Source: Myxococcota bacterium
GTDB lineage: Bacteria > Myxococcota_A > UBA9160 > UBA6930
NCBI GenBank assembly: GCA_965223705.1
Contig: OZ245015.1
Location: 224,001 to 288,000 of the forward strand
Length of the DNA stretch: 64,000 bases
Direction of reading: 5' to 3'
Shown: positions 31,756 through 40,434 of the stretch, piece after piece
Layout: every line of letters starts with the position of its first letter
Numbering within the stretch: position 1 is the first letter of the stretch
Program-made: the position numbers and the translations under genes
The notes under the pieces: model-generated
What the model was told of the DNA's origin: nothing
The model's database searches: none
The model's input: the letters and a program-made list of their open reading frames with translations, nothing else

Positions 31756-33501
31756 TCAGGAGGCCGCGGGCAGGTCGATCGCGAGAAGTCCCAGCGTGGT
31801 CTCCGTATCGAGCGTCAGGGTGCCGCCAGCAGAAGCAAATACGGCGTCGGCAAGCGTCAACGCGAGCGAAGCGCGCGCGGGTGCCAAGTCGCCGGCGCCA
31901 AGTCGGTCGGAGATTCCCGGGAATCGGAGCAGTAGCCGAACCGATGGGGCTTCGTCACCGCGGACTACGCTTCGCCGCACGGAGAGATAGAGATCGCGGC
32001 CGTCCTCGACCCAGTCGATGACTTGCGAAAGCACAGCGCGGAGTGCAAACGCCACGTGAGAAGCGGGCGCCTGCACCGGCGTCGCGCCTCGTTCGAGCTC
32101 TTCGAGGACGACGATCTTGCGCGCGTCGACCGTGTCGCGAAATTCGCGCACCGCGGCTTCGGCGAGGGTCGCCAGATCGCAAACGATCGCATCCTTCGGC
32201 GTCGGTGCGTCGCGCAACGCGTTGTACCGCTCGAGCAGCTCCATGGTTCGCGTCATGCGCGCCACGTCCTCGCTGGCGAGACTGCCGAAGTTGACCCGAA
32301 ACTCTTCGTCTTGATGCTGCTCGGGAAACAGCGTCGTGAAGGTCTGGAGGGTTGAAAGGGGATTGCGTAGCTCGTGCGCCAGAGCGTGGGAGATCGCATC
32401 GATGTCGACGCCCTGGGGAGCGGGTGCGGTCGAATCTTCGCCGCCGTCGCGCGCTTCCCCTGGTTCCGGCGCGTCGCGGGAGACACCGTCGCCTGCGGGT
32501 GCCGCCCGTTCGAGTAGGCGCTCGAGGTCACGGTAGTTGCGTCGCAAGCGCCGCTGGGAGAGCGCCGTGACCCATCTCGCAACGGTCGCCTCGTCGGGTG
32601 CGCCGCGTTCCTCGGCGAACGCCCGAACGAACCGTTCGACGGCACCGGGTCGCTCCCGAAGCGGCGGAATCCGCACTTGATGCCTGAAGCGGTGGCGAAG
32701 CTCCGACGTGACGTCGCGGCCGGAGTCGCCGCACAGCGCAAACACGCGGACGCGGGGCAAGTTCGATGGCAAGTAACCGAGCTCGAGTCGGCTCGCGAGG
32801 GCCGATTGCGTCGTTTCCGGAAGCGCGTCGGTATGGAGCAAGATCACGGCGAGCACAGCATCACCGGGCTCGGCAGGCACGCGTCGCAAGCGAGCCCACA
32901 GCTCTTCGATATCTCGGAGCTCCCGCGCGTCGATTTCGCAGCAGGGTCCGGGCGCCTGCTCCGTGACTGCGTGCACGTAGCGCGCGAGGAGCCGCTTCCC
33001 GGTACCGCTCTCACCTTCGATGAGGACTTCCGCCGCCGCTTCCGCCGGATTGACCAACGGCAGGAACAGGTTCGGGTCGAGATCTGAAAACAGCTCGCGA
33101 AACCGATCCGAGAGCGCGCTTCGCTCGCGCAGGTCCGAGAGCGAGGGACCGTTCGCGGCGAGCTGCCCCGTTTCGAGCGCGGAGCGCAGCTCGGCGCTCG
33201 CGGCCGACAAGTCGAGAAACTCGTGCGGGAGGCAATCGAATAGACGCGCCGCGAATCCGCTCTCGTGAGGTTCCCCGGCCAGCCACCAACGGGCGCGGGG
33301 GAAACGGTTGCAGATGTCATTCGCAAACTGCAGTTCCTCGGAACAGTCGCCTTCGAGGCCAAGGACGACGGCCCGTGGCTCCGGGGCCTCCCGGAACGCT
33401 TCTGTTCTGGGGACGCCGACGTTCACCGCGGCCCGGCGTGGCACGAGTTCGGCGAGCCAGGCGCGCTCTTCGTCGCGGCGATGAACGACCCAAAAAACCA
33501 T
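31756..33501 (-). CDS. Atypical fusion: degenerate sigma54-activator AAA+ domain, HisKA H-box, degenerate HATPase
   Basis: EGESGTGKRLLAR, IPPLRER, NYRDLERLLERA; ALAHELRNPL; no GAFTGA, Walker B DE, or N/G boxes. Confidence 0.75.
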   Translation of the reverse strand: MVFWVVHRRDEERAWLAELVPRRAAVNVGVPRTEAFREAPEPRAVVLGLEGDCSEELQFANDICNRFPRARWWLAGEPHESGFAARLFDCLPHEFLDLSAASAELRSALETGQLAANGPSLSDLRERSALSDRFRELFSDLDPNLFLPLVNPAEAAAEVLIEGESGTGKRLLARYVHAVTEQAPGPCCEIDARELRDIEELWARLRRVPAEPGDAVLAVILLHTDALPETTQSALASRLELGYLPSNLPRVRVFALCGDSGRDVTSELRHRFRHQVRIPPLRERPGAVERFVRAFAEERGAPDEATVARWVTALSQRRLRRNYRDLERLLERAAPAGDGVSRDAPEPGEARDGGEDSTAPAPQGVDIDAISHALAHELRNPLSTLQTFTTLFPEQHQDEEFRVNFGSLASEDVARMTRTMELLERYNALRDAPTPKDAIVCDLATLAEAAVREFRDTVDARKIVVLEELERGATPVQAPASHVAFALRAVLSQVIDWVEDGRDLYLSVRRSVVRGDEAPSVRLLLRFPGISDRLGAGDLAPARASLALTLADAVFASAGGTLTLDTETTLGLLAIDLPAAS

Positions 33502-33554
33502 CAGCGTCCGCGGCCGCCGTCGGAACAATCCGCTCGAGCGGTACCCTTCGCGCT

Positions 33555-34022
33555 GTGGATATCCAGGTGCGTCCCCCCCGACCCCGAGAGTTCGACCGGC
33601 TGGCCGAGCTGTGGCTCGCGTTGCTCGAGCATCACGCCGCCGCGGGTCCGCGGTTCGAGCCCGGGCGCGATGCGGTGCTCCGCGTTCGCGAAGACCTCGA
33701 GGTCTGGGACCGGGACCCGCACACGCGCATCGCCGTCGCCGACGCCGAGCAGTTGATGGGTTTTTGCATCGCTCGAATTCTGCGCCGATCCGAGCTTTTT
33801 CGCGAGACCTCTCGGGGTGAAATCGATTCGATTTTTGTCCAAGTGCCGTATCGTGGCCGCGGTATTGCTAAAAAGTTGGTGGAAGACGCCTTCGCCTGGC
33901 TCCGCGCCACCGGCGTCCAGCGCGTATCGCTCACGGTCGATCGCACGAACCCGGGCGCGCGGGCCTTCTGGGAGCGCTGCGGCTTCGAGCCGGCGATGGA
34001 CGTGCTCGACCGGCGGCTGTAG
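33555..34022 (+). CDS. GNAT-family N-acetyltransferase
   Basis: IFVQVPYRGRGIAKKL, NPGARAFWERCGF. Confidence 0.88.
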   Translation: MDIQVRPPRPREFDRLAELWLALLEHHAAAGPRFEPGRDAVLRVREDLEVWDRDPHTRIAVADAEQLMGFCIARILRRSELFRETSRGEIDSIFVQVPYRGRGIAKKLVEDAFAWLRATGVQRVSLTVDRTNPGARAFWERCGFEPAMDVLDRRL

Positions 34023-34083
34023 CCTCACCCGCCGCGTTTTTGACGAGAAGGAAGCGTGCGCTCGCCGCTTCGCGAGGAAACCG

Positions 34084-35418
34084 ATGCCCCCCGCCCCCGA
34101 TGCCCTCAATCCCCTGGCCGAAGCGCTCAACGCGAAGCTCGCTGAAGCGGCGCCCGAGACCCACGCGATGCTTTCGCCGATGGGGCGTCGCCTCTACTTC
34201 CCGAAAGGCATCTTGGCCCAATCGGCAGAGGCCAAAGCGCAAGCGCATCGCTTCAATGCGACCATCGGCATTGCGACCGAAGGCGGGGAAGCGATGTACC
34301 TGCCGAGCGTTGCGAAGTACGTAAGCGACATCGCTCCCGACGACGTCTTTCCCTACGCGTCCGCCGGCGGTCGTGCCCGCTTGCGCGAGCTTTGGCAGGA
34401 GAAGCAGCGCAAAGAGAACCCCGCGCAGGCGGCCAAGACGACGGGTCTTCCCGTCGTGACCAGCGCGCTGACCCACGGTTTGGCGCTCGTCGGAGACCTC
34501 TTCGTCGCGCCGGGCGATCGCATCGTGTTGCCCGACAAACTGTGGGGCAACTACCGACTCACGTACGAAGTCCGCTACGGAGCGGAGATCGCGACCTTCC
34601 CGCTCTTCGACGGAGAAGGCTTCAACGTCGCTGCGTTCCGGGAAACCCTGCGGCGCGAAGCCGCGACCCACGAGAAGCTGATCGTGTTGCTCAACTTTCC
34701 GAACAACCCGACAGGCTACATGCCGACGGTGGCGGAGCACGAAGCGATCGCGGAAGCGCTCGTCGATTGCGCGCGCAGCGGAACGAGAGTCGTCGCGGTC
34801 TGCGACGACGCTTACTTCGGCCTCTTCTACCACTTGCGAGGGCGCTCCGCGACGGAGTCGCTCTTCGGTCGACTCGCCGGCGAACACAAAAACCTGCTCG
34901 CCATCCGTTTGGACGGCGCGACCAAGGAACTCTTCGTGTGGGGCTTGCGGTGTGGGTTCTTCACGGTCGGCCCCGGTGATCCCGGAAGCGCCGAAGTCGT
35001 CAACGAAGTGATCGATACGAAACTCCGGGGCGCGATTCGCAGCGGCATCTCGAACAGTCCGATGCTGTCCCAGACCCTGGTCGAGCGCGCGCTCTCGGAT
35101 CCCGCGATGAGCGCGGAGCGCGACGCGAAGTGCGAGGTGCTAAGAGAGCGCGCGGAGCGGGTGGACGCGGTTGCGCGCGAAGCCCGGTTCGCCGAGAGCT
35201 GGGACGTCTACCCCTTCAACAGCGGATACTTCATGTGCGTAGCCTTGCGCGGGGTCAGCGCCGAAAGCACGCGTCGCCACCTGCTCGAGCAACACGAGAC
35301 CGGCCTCATCGCGACGTCGGAACACGATCTTCGCGTGGCGTTTTCGTGTCTCGAGGTGGATGACGTCGAGCCGATGTTCGAGCTCGTCGATCGCTCGGTT
35401 CGGGCACTTCGGGGCTAA
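34084..35418 (+). CDS. PLP-dependent aminotransferase class I/II
   Basis: NATIG, NFPNNPTGY, DDAY, DGATKE, GLRCG. Confidence 0.88.
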   Translation: MPPAPDALNPLAEALNAKLAEAAPETHAMLSPMGRRLYFPKGILAQSAEAKAQAHRFNATIGIATEGGEAMYLPSVAKYVSDIAPDDVFPYASAGGRARLRELWQEKQRKENPAQAAKTTGLPVVTSALTHGLALVGDLFVAPGDRIVLPDKLWGNYRLTYEVRYGAEIATFPLFDGEGFNVAAFRETLRREAATHEKLIVLLNFPNNPTGYMPTVAEHEAIAEALVDCARSGTRVVAVCDDAYFGLFYHLRGRSATESLFGRLAGEHKNLLAIRLDGATKELFVWGLRCGFFTVGPGDPGSAEVVNEVIDTKLRGAIRSGISNSPMLSQTLVERALSDPAMSAERDAKCEVLRERAERVDAVAREARFAESWDVYPFNSGYFMCVALRGVSAESTRRHLLEQHETGLIATSEHDLRVAFSCLEVDDVEPMFELVDRSVRALRG

Positions 35419-36941
35419 GACGCGTCCGCGCGCTCGGCTCGATCGAGGGCTTCCAAGATTTCGATCATGCTGTGGACACCGAGGACGAGGTTGTCGACAG
35501 AGATCCGCTCGTTTACGCCGTGCACGCCGCGGGTTTCCTCCGGCGGGAGCCGGCGTGGCGCGAAGCCGTACGCGTCGATTCCCAAGTCGCGGAAGTAGTG
35601 GGCGTCGGTGAAGCCCACGCTCACGCGGGGTACCATGACACCCTTCGGTGTCGATTGCCCGGCGACTTCCTCGATCGCTCGGTAGAGCGCGGTTTGCGTT
35701 CCACTCACCCGATTGCCGAACGCGAGGAGTCGCGTGATCTCGACACGGGGATCGTCGACCGTTGTGCGGATCTGATCCTCGAGGAGAGCGCAAGAACCGC
35801 CGGGTAGCAGGCGTCCGTCGACTTCGGCGGACGCAGCCGCGGGCATGACATTGGTGCGTTCGCCCGCCCGCAGCACGGTGATGGCGAGTGTGTCTCGCAC
35901 GAGCGCGTTACGGACTGGGGAGCTCAGGAAGCGGAGTCGGAACGCTTCGTCTTCTTCGAGCGCTCGTTCGAGGTCGTGGAGCCCGTCGCGGTCTTCCAGC
36001 GCTGCGAACGGCGCGAGCGCGCGGAACATGCGCGCGACCTCCGGGCCGATCTCGATCGGGTTTTGAATGTCCATGACGCGCGATACGGCTCGAAGGAGAA
36101 CCGGAACCGAGGCGTCCGGCCCCGCCGTCGAACCGTGTCCGGCCGTTCCCTCGACGCGCAATGCGAGCCAGCAAGGCGTCTTTTCCGTCACCGAGACGCC
36201 CCATAGATCGGGGCCGTCGCCCTTGCCCGGAAGGATGCCGCCGCCCTCGGTGAGGAGATACCGCGCCCCGTGAAGGAGCTCGGCGTTGCGCTCGGCGATG
36301 AGTCCAGCGCCGAAACGCCCTCCGGTCTCTTCGTCGGGGACCGCCAGCACGATGACGTCCCGGTCGAGAGGCTCGTCGCGCGCGGCCAGCTGGACCGCGA
36401 CCAGGGCGTGAATGACCGCGAGCCCTTTCGCGTCGATGGCGCCTCGACCCAACACGTAGCCGCCGCTCACCACACCTTCGAAGGGGTCGGCGAGCCAGTC
36501 CTCGGCGCGTGCCGGGACGACGTCGAGGTGCGAGAGGAGGACGATCGGCGGCGCATCTCCCGCACCCGGGACGCGCGCCCAGAGCGCACCCCGCCCCACG
36601 TCCTCCGTTCCCCCGGGAGTTGCGACCATCCGCGCTTCGACGTTGTACCTGCGCAACTGGTCGGCGAGAAATTCCGCGAGCGGCCGCTCGTCGCCCGGGG
36701 GGTTCGTCGTGTCGAACCGGATGCTCGCTGACAGCAGTTCGGCCGCCGCTCCGGGGAGGTCCGTTCGGGCGTCCACCCAGTCGCGCTTGTTGAAGGGCCA
36801 CAAACGCTTGGGTGATGACCACAAGTCCGCGGAGAGCCCGGGGTGTGCGACACACACACCACACCCCACGGCGATTGCGATCGCCAACAGCGGGGCTCGA
36901 AAGTGAACGAAGAGCGGGCGTATGGTGTTAAACTCCATCAA
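35415..36941 (-). CDS. M20/M25/M40-family metallopeptidase, probably exported
   Basis: SHLDVVP, GRGAIDAKG, DEE, GHGS, GFTDA, HGVNER; start uncertain. Confidence 0.88.
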   Translation of the reverse strand: MMEFNTIRPLFVHFRAPLLAIAIAVGCGVCVAHPGLSADLWSSPKRLWPFNKRDWVDARTDLPGAAAELLSASIRFDTTNPPGDERPLAEFLADQLRRYNVEARMVATPGGTEDVGRGALWARVPGAGDAPPIVLLSHLDVVPARAEDWLADPFEGVVSGGYVLGRGAIDAKGLAVIHALVAVQLAARDEPLDRDVIVLAVPDEETGGRFGAGLIAERNAELLHGARYLLTEGGGILPGKGDGPDLWGVSVTEKTPCWLALRVEGTAGHGSTAGPDASVPVLLRAVSRVMDIQNPIEIGPEVARMFRALAPFAALEDRDGLHDLERALEEDEAFRLRFLSSPVRNALVRDTLAITVLRAGERTNVMPAAASAEVDGRLLPGGSCALLEDQIRTTVDDPRVEITRLLAFGNRVSGTQTALYRAIEEVAGQSTPKGVMVPRVSVGFTDAHYFRDLGIDAYGFAPRRLPPEETRGVHGVNERISVDNLVLGVHSMIEILEALDRAERADAS

Positions 36942-36971
36942 TCCGACAAATCAGCCGGAGCGCGGGGATTT

Positions 36972-36987
36972 CGTGATTTCCGTCACA
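36972..36987. promoter_or_regulatory. CRP/FNR-family-like box
   Basis: CGTGA-TTTCCG-TCACA versus TGTGA-N6-TCACA, in divergent intergenic region. Confidence 0.45.
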
Positions 36988-37119
36988 CCTGCGAGCCGGC
37001 TTAGACGGCTATTTAGCGAGGGTTCCTGCAGGCCGAAGGGTGATTATACCGCCGCCGGCTCAAGCTTTTGAGTCAAAGCTCTGGCGCGGGCGGAATGGTC
37101 ACATGCGGGTGGAACTCAG

Positions 37120-38472
37120 GTGGACGGAGTTTTGAAAGAGGAGCGGAAGAAACTCTCCCAGGCTGTTGTGACGCGTCGCGCTTTCTTCGCCGTGCTCGCG
37201 GTCTGCAGTCTGTTCGTCGGTGTTGCCACCGCAGCGGAATGGAACGCGCGAGAGGCTTCCGACGAAACCGTCGCTTACCGAGGTGCCCTGACGCAGGCGC
37301 CGCCCGCCGAGGAAATCACCGTCGTCCCGCTGGCGAAGCCGCCAGTTCCCGAGCCCGACGAAGTGATCGAAGGAAGGATTCGTCAAGGCGAAAGCCTGGC
37401 GACGTCCCTCGGTCGCCACGCCGTTGGCCCCGCGACCGTTCACCTCATCGCAACGGAAATGGCTCCCGTCTTCAACTTCCGGTACGCGCGCGCCGGCGAT
37501 TTCTACCGCCTCGGTCGCTTAGGCGACGGACGTTTGCTTCGCTTCGATTACGAACGCTCCCGACTCGAGCGTTACACACTGACGTGGGACGGCGAAGCCT
37601 ACCGCGCGGCGTCTCATGAACCCGAAGTGGTTCGGCGGCGCGCCCGCATCGCCGGCCTCGTCGACAGCAGCTTGTACAAATCCATCGAAGGGCTCGGCGG
37701 CGAACCTTCTCTCGCCAACGACTTCGCCGACGTCTTCGCGTGGGACGTCGATTTCTCGCGCTCCGTTCGCGCCGGGGACGAGTTCGCCATCTTGTACGAG
37801 CGTCTGTACTTGGCGCCCGAGGGCGAGCCCGAGTTTTACGTGGGTCCCGGCCGCATCGTCGCGGCACGGTATGCCACGCGCGAATCCGATTACCGCGCGG
37901 TTTACTTTGAGCTCGAGGAAGGGCGCGGCGGTTACTACCGGCCGAACGGCACGGCCGTCGAGCGCCAGTTCCTGCGCGCCCCGCTTCACTACCGCCGGAT
38001 CAGCTCTGCGTACACGCTCTCTCGCTTCCATCCCATCCTGAAAGTGCGGCGCCCCCATCAGGGCATCGATTACGCGGCGGCGCACGGCACCCCGGTGTGG
38101 TCGGTCGGCGACGGAGAGGTGATCTTCCGCGGCCGGATGGGCGGCTTCGGCAACCTCGTGAAGGTGCGCCACAACAACGGCTACGTGTCGTACTACGGCC
38201 ACCTGTCGGGGTTCGCGAAAGGGCTCCGGAAGGGCTCCCGGGTCTCGCAGAAGCAGGTTCTCGGGTACGTGGGCTCCACGGGGCTCTCGACGGGACCCCA
38301 CCTCGACTACCGCCTCAAGAAGAACGGCAACTACGTCAATCCGGCGGCGCTCAAACTGCCGGCCGGCGTTCCGATCCCCGAAGAGTCACTCACCCGCTTC
38401 GCCGGGATCCGAGACGAGCTTCTCTCCGAGCTCGACCCCCGGCCCCTCGTCTCCGGCAGCGGGGCTCTCTAG
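37120..38472 (+). CDS. M23-family peptidoglycan DD-endopeptidase (MepM-like)
   Basis: HQGIDYAA, YYGHL, GSTGLSTGPHLDY; FAWDVDF middle domain. Confidence 0.92.
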   Translation: MDGVLKEERKKLSQAVVTRRAFFAVLAVCSLFVGVATAAEWNAREASDETVAYRGALTQAPPAEEITVVPLAKPPVPEPDEVIEGRIRQGESLATSLGRHAVGPATVHLIATEMAPVFNFRYARAGDFYRLGRLGDGRLLRFDYERSRLERYTLTWDGEAYRAASHEPEVVRRRARIAGLVDSSLYKSIEGLGGEPSLANDFADVFAWDVDFSRSVRAGDEFAILYERLYLAPEGEPEFYVGPGRIVAARYATRESDYRAVYFELEEGRGGYYRPNGTAVERQFLRAPLHYRRISSAYTLSRFHPILKVRRPHQGIDYAAAHGTPVWSVGDGEVIFRGRMGGFGNLVKVRHNNGYVSYYGHLSGFAKGLRKGSRVSQKQVLGYVGSTGLSTGPHLDYRLKKNGNYVNPAALKLPAGVPIPEESLTRFAGIRDELLSELDPRPLVSGSGAL

Positions 38473-38537
38473 CCGCCGGATTCTTGCCCCCCGGGCAGCG
38501 GCCCGCGCGTTCTCCGGATCTGTGCCAGCATATCCAG

Positions 38538-38975
38538 ATGCCCGAAGTGGACCTGACCAATCGCCTCGCCGCGCTGGGTCGCGAGCTCGCGTCTCGCGAA
38601 GCAACCCATCGAGAAGCGCTCGACGAAGCTCATCGCCAGGCGGCGGGCCTTCACGCCGAAGTGACGCGAGCGCTCGCCGCCTACAACCGCGAAGTCGATG
38701 CAGCTGGCGCTCCGCAGCTCCGCGTCGAACAGAGCCCACTCCGCCCCGACGACAAACACCTGCGCTCGGTTCAGTTCGATCTTTCCCGTGGTCGTCACCG
38801 CGCGATCGTCACGGTCAAGAGCCGCGGCGATGTGACGCTGGTCGGACCGTTCCGACAGGGGAAGGTGGAGGGTCCATGCAAGAGCTTCCCATTCGAATCG
38901 CACTCCCGGAGTGAACTTTCGGAAGCCCTCGTCGGCTTCCTCGAGAGCTTTCTCGAGACGGCGGCGACGCCGTGA
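38538..38975 (+). CDS. Hypothetical protein coupled to gshA
   Basis: Fills gap; protein-like composition; stop overlaps gshA GTG. Confidence 0.7.
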   Translation: MPEVDLTNRLAALGRELASREATHREALDEAHRQAAGLHAEVTRALAAYNREVDAAGAPQLRVEQSPLRPDDKHLRSVQFDLSRGRHRAIVTVKSRGDVTLVGPFRQGKVEGPCKSFPFESHSRSELSEALVGFLESFLETAATP

Positions 38976-40324
38976 GCGGCGCTCCGCAAGTCGAGGAGCG
39001 CATCGTTTCCGGTACGGCGGATCTGGTCGCGCATCTGGCGAGCGGTGAAAAGCCGCCCGAAGCATGGCGCGTCGGCACCGAGCACGAGAAGATCGGCGTC
39101 TACCGGAGCACCCTCGCGCGCGTTCCGTACGAGGGCGAGAACGGTATCCGCGGACTCCTCGAAGAGATCGCACGTGACGACAACTGGGAGCCGAGCTTCG
39201 AACGTGACACCCTGGTCGCGCTCGCGAAGGACGGAGCCAGCATCACTTTGGAACCGGGCGGTCAACTCGAGCTGTCCGGCGCGCCCCTTCGCACTGTGCA
39301 CGAGACTTGCGACGAATTCCATCGACATCTCGACGTCGTCGGTCGAGCATCCAAGCCGCGCGGCATCGTCTGGTTGTCTCTCGGGATCGATCCCAAGCAC
39401 TCGGTCGCCTCGGTGCCGAAAGTGCCGAAGCAGCGCTACGGGATCATGCGCGAGTACCTGCCCACGCGGGGCCATCTCTCGCTTCACATGATGCATCTCA
39501 CGGCGACGGTGCAGGCGAACTTCGATTTCGAGGATGAGCCGGACATGGTGCGCAAAGTGCGGACTGCGATGGGGGTCTCACCCATCGTGTCGGCGCTCTT
39601 CGCGAACTCAAGCCTGGCGGAAGGCAAAGCCTCGGGCTTTGTGTCGAAGCGGGTGAGGATTTGGCAGGACACCGATCCGGATCGCTGCGGACTTCTTCCC
39701 TTCGTGTTCGAGCCCGGGTTTGGGTACGAGCGCTACGTCGAATGGGCGCTCGACGTGCCGATGTTCTTCCGCTTGCAAGGCGGGGTCTACAAGCCCATGC
39801 ACGGCCGGCCTTTCCGCGAAGTCCTCGAGGGGGGCGATCCGCCGGCGACCCTGCTCGACTTCGAACTGCACCTGACGACGCTGTTCCCCGAGGTGCGCTT
39901 GAAGCGATTCATCGAAGTGCGCGGTGCAGATGCTGTCCCCTCGGGCCTGATCTGCGCGTTGCCCGCGCTCTGGAAGGGCCTCCTCTATGACCGGGGAGCC
40001 CTCGATGCCGCTTGGGATCTCGTTCGCGACTGGCCTTTCGAGGAACGCGTCGCGGCCGTTGACGCGGTCGCGCGCAAAGGGCTCGGAGCATCGATCGCCG
40101 GGCGCCCCGTGCTCGAGCTGGCGCGGGAGCTCGTCGAGATCTCCGCCGGCGGCCTGCAGAGAATTGGCCACGCGGGCGTGCAGGACCCCGACGAGTCCGG
40201 CTACCTCGACCCGCTGCGAGACGTCCTGGCCGCAGGCATGAGTCCCGGTGAGTCCATTCTCGAACGTTGGGAAGGCCCCTGGAACCGCTCATTCGAGAAA
40301 CTCATCGAATACGCGAAATTCTAG
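38972..40324 (+). CDS. gshA: Glutamate-cysteine ligase (GCS2, plant/alphaproteobacterial type)
   Basis: GTEHEK, LEPGGQLELSG, PKQRY, TVQANFD, LTTLFPEVRLK, EVRGAD. Confidence 0.93.
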   Translation: MSGAPQVEERIVSGTADLVAHLASGEKPPEAWRVGTEHEKIGVYRSTLARVPYEGENGIRGLLEEIARDDNWEPSFERDTLVALAKDGASITLEPGGQLELSGAPLRTVHETCDEFHRHLDVVGRASKPRGIVWLSLGIDPKHSVASVPKVPKQRYGIMREYLPTRGHLSLHMMHLTATVQANFDFEDEPDMVRKVRTAMGVSPIVSALFANSSLAEGKASGFVSKRVRIWQDTDPDRCGLLPFVFEPGFGYERYVEWALDVPMFFRLQGGVYKPMHGRPFREVLEGGDPPATLLDFELHLTTLFPEVRLKRFIEVRGADAVPSGLICALPALWKGLLYDRGALDAAWDLVRDWPFEERVAAVDAVARKGLGASIAGRPVLELARELVEISAGGLQRIGHAGVQDPDESGYLDPLRDVLAAGMSPGESILERWEGPWNRSFEKLIEYAKF

Positions 40325-40434
40325 TCGCCCGATCGAAAACACGACCCATCGGCGCTTCGGGCGATCCCGTAGCCGACCGATGACAAGGGGCGGTACCCTC
40401 GGCCGCCTGCGGACCGACGATCTTGGAGAGGTGC

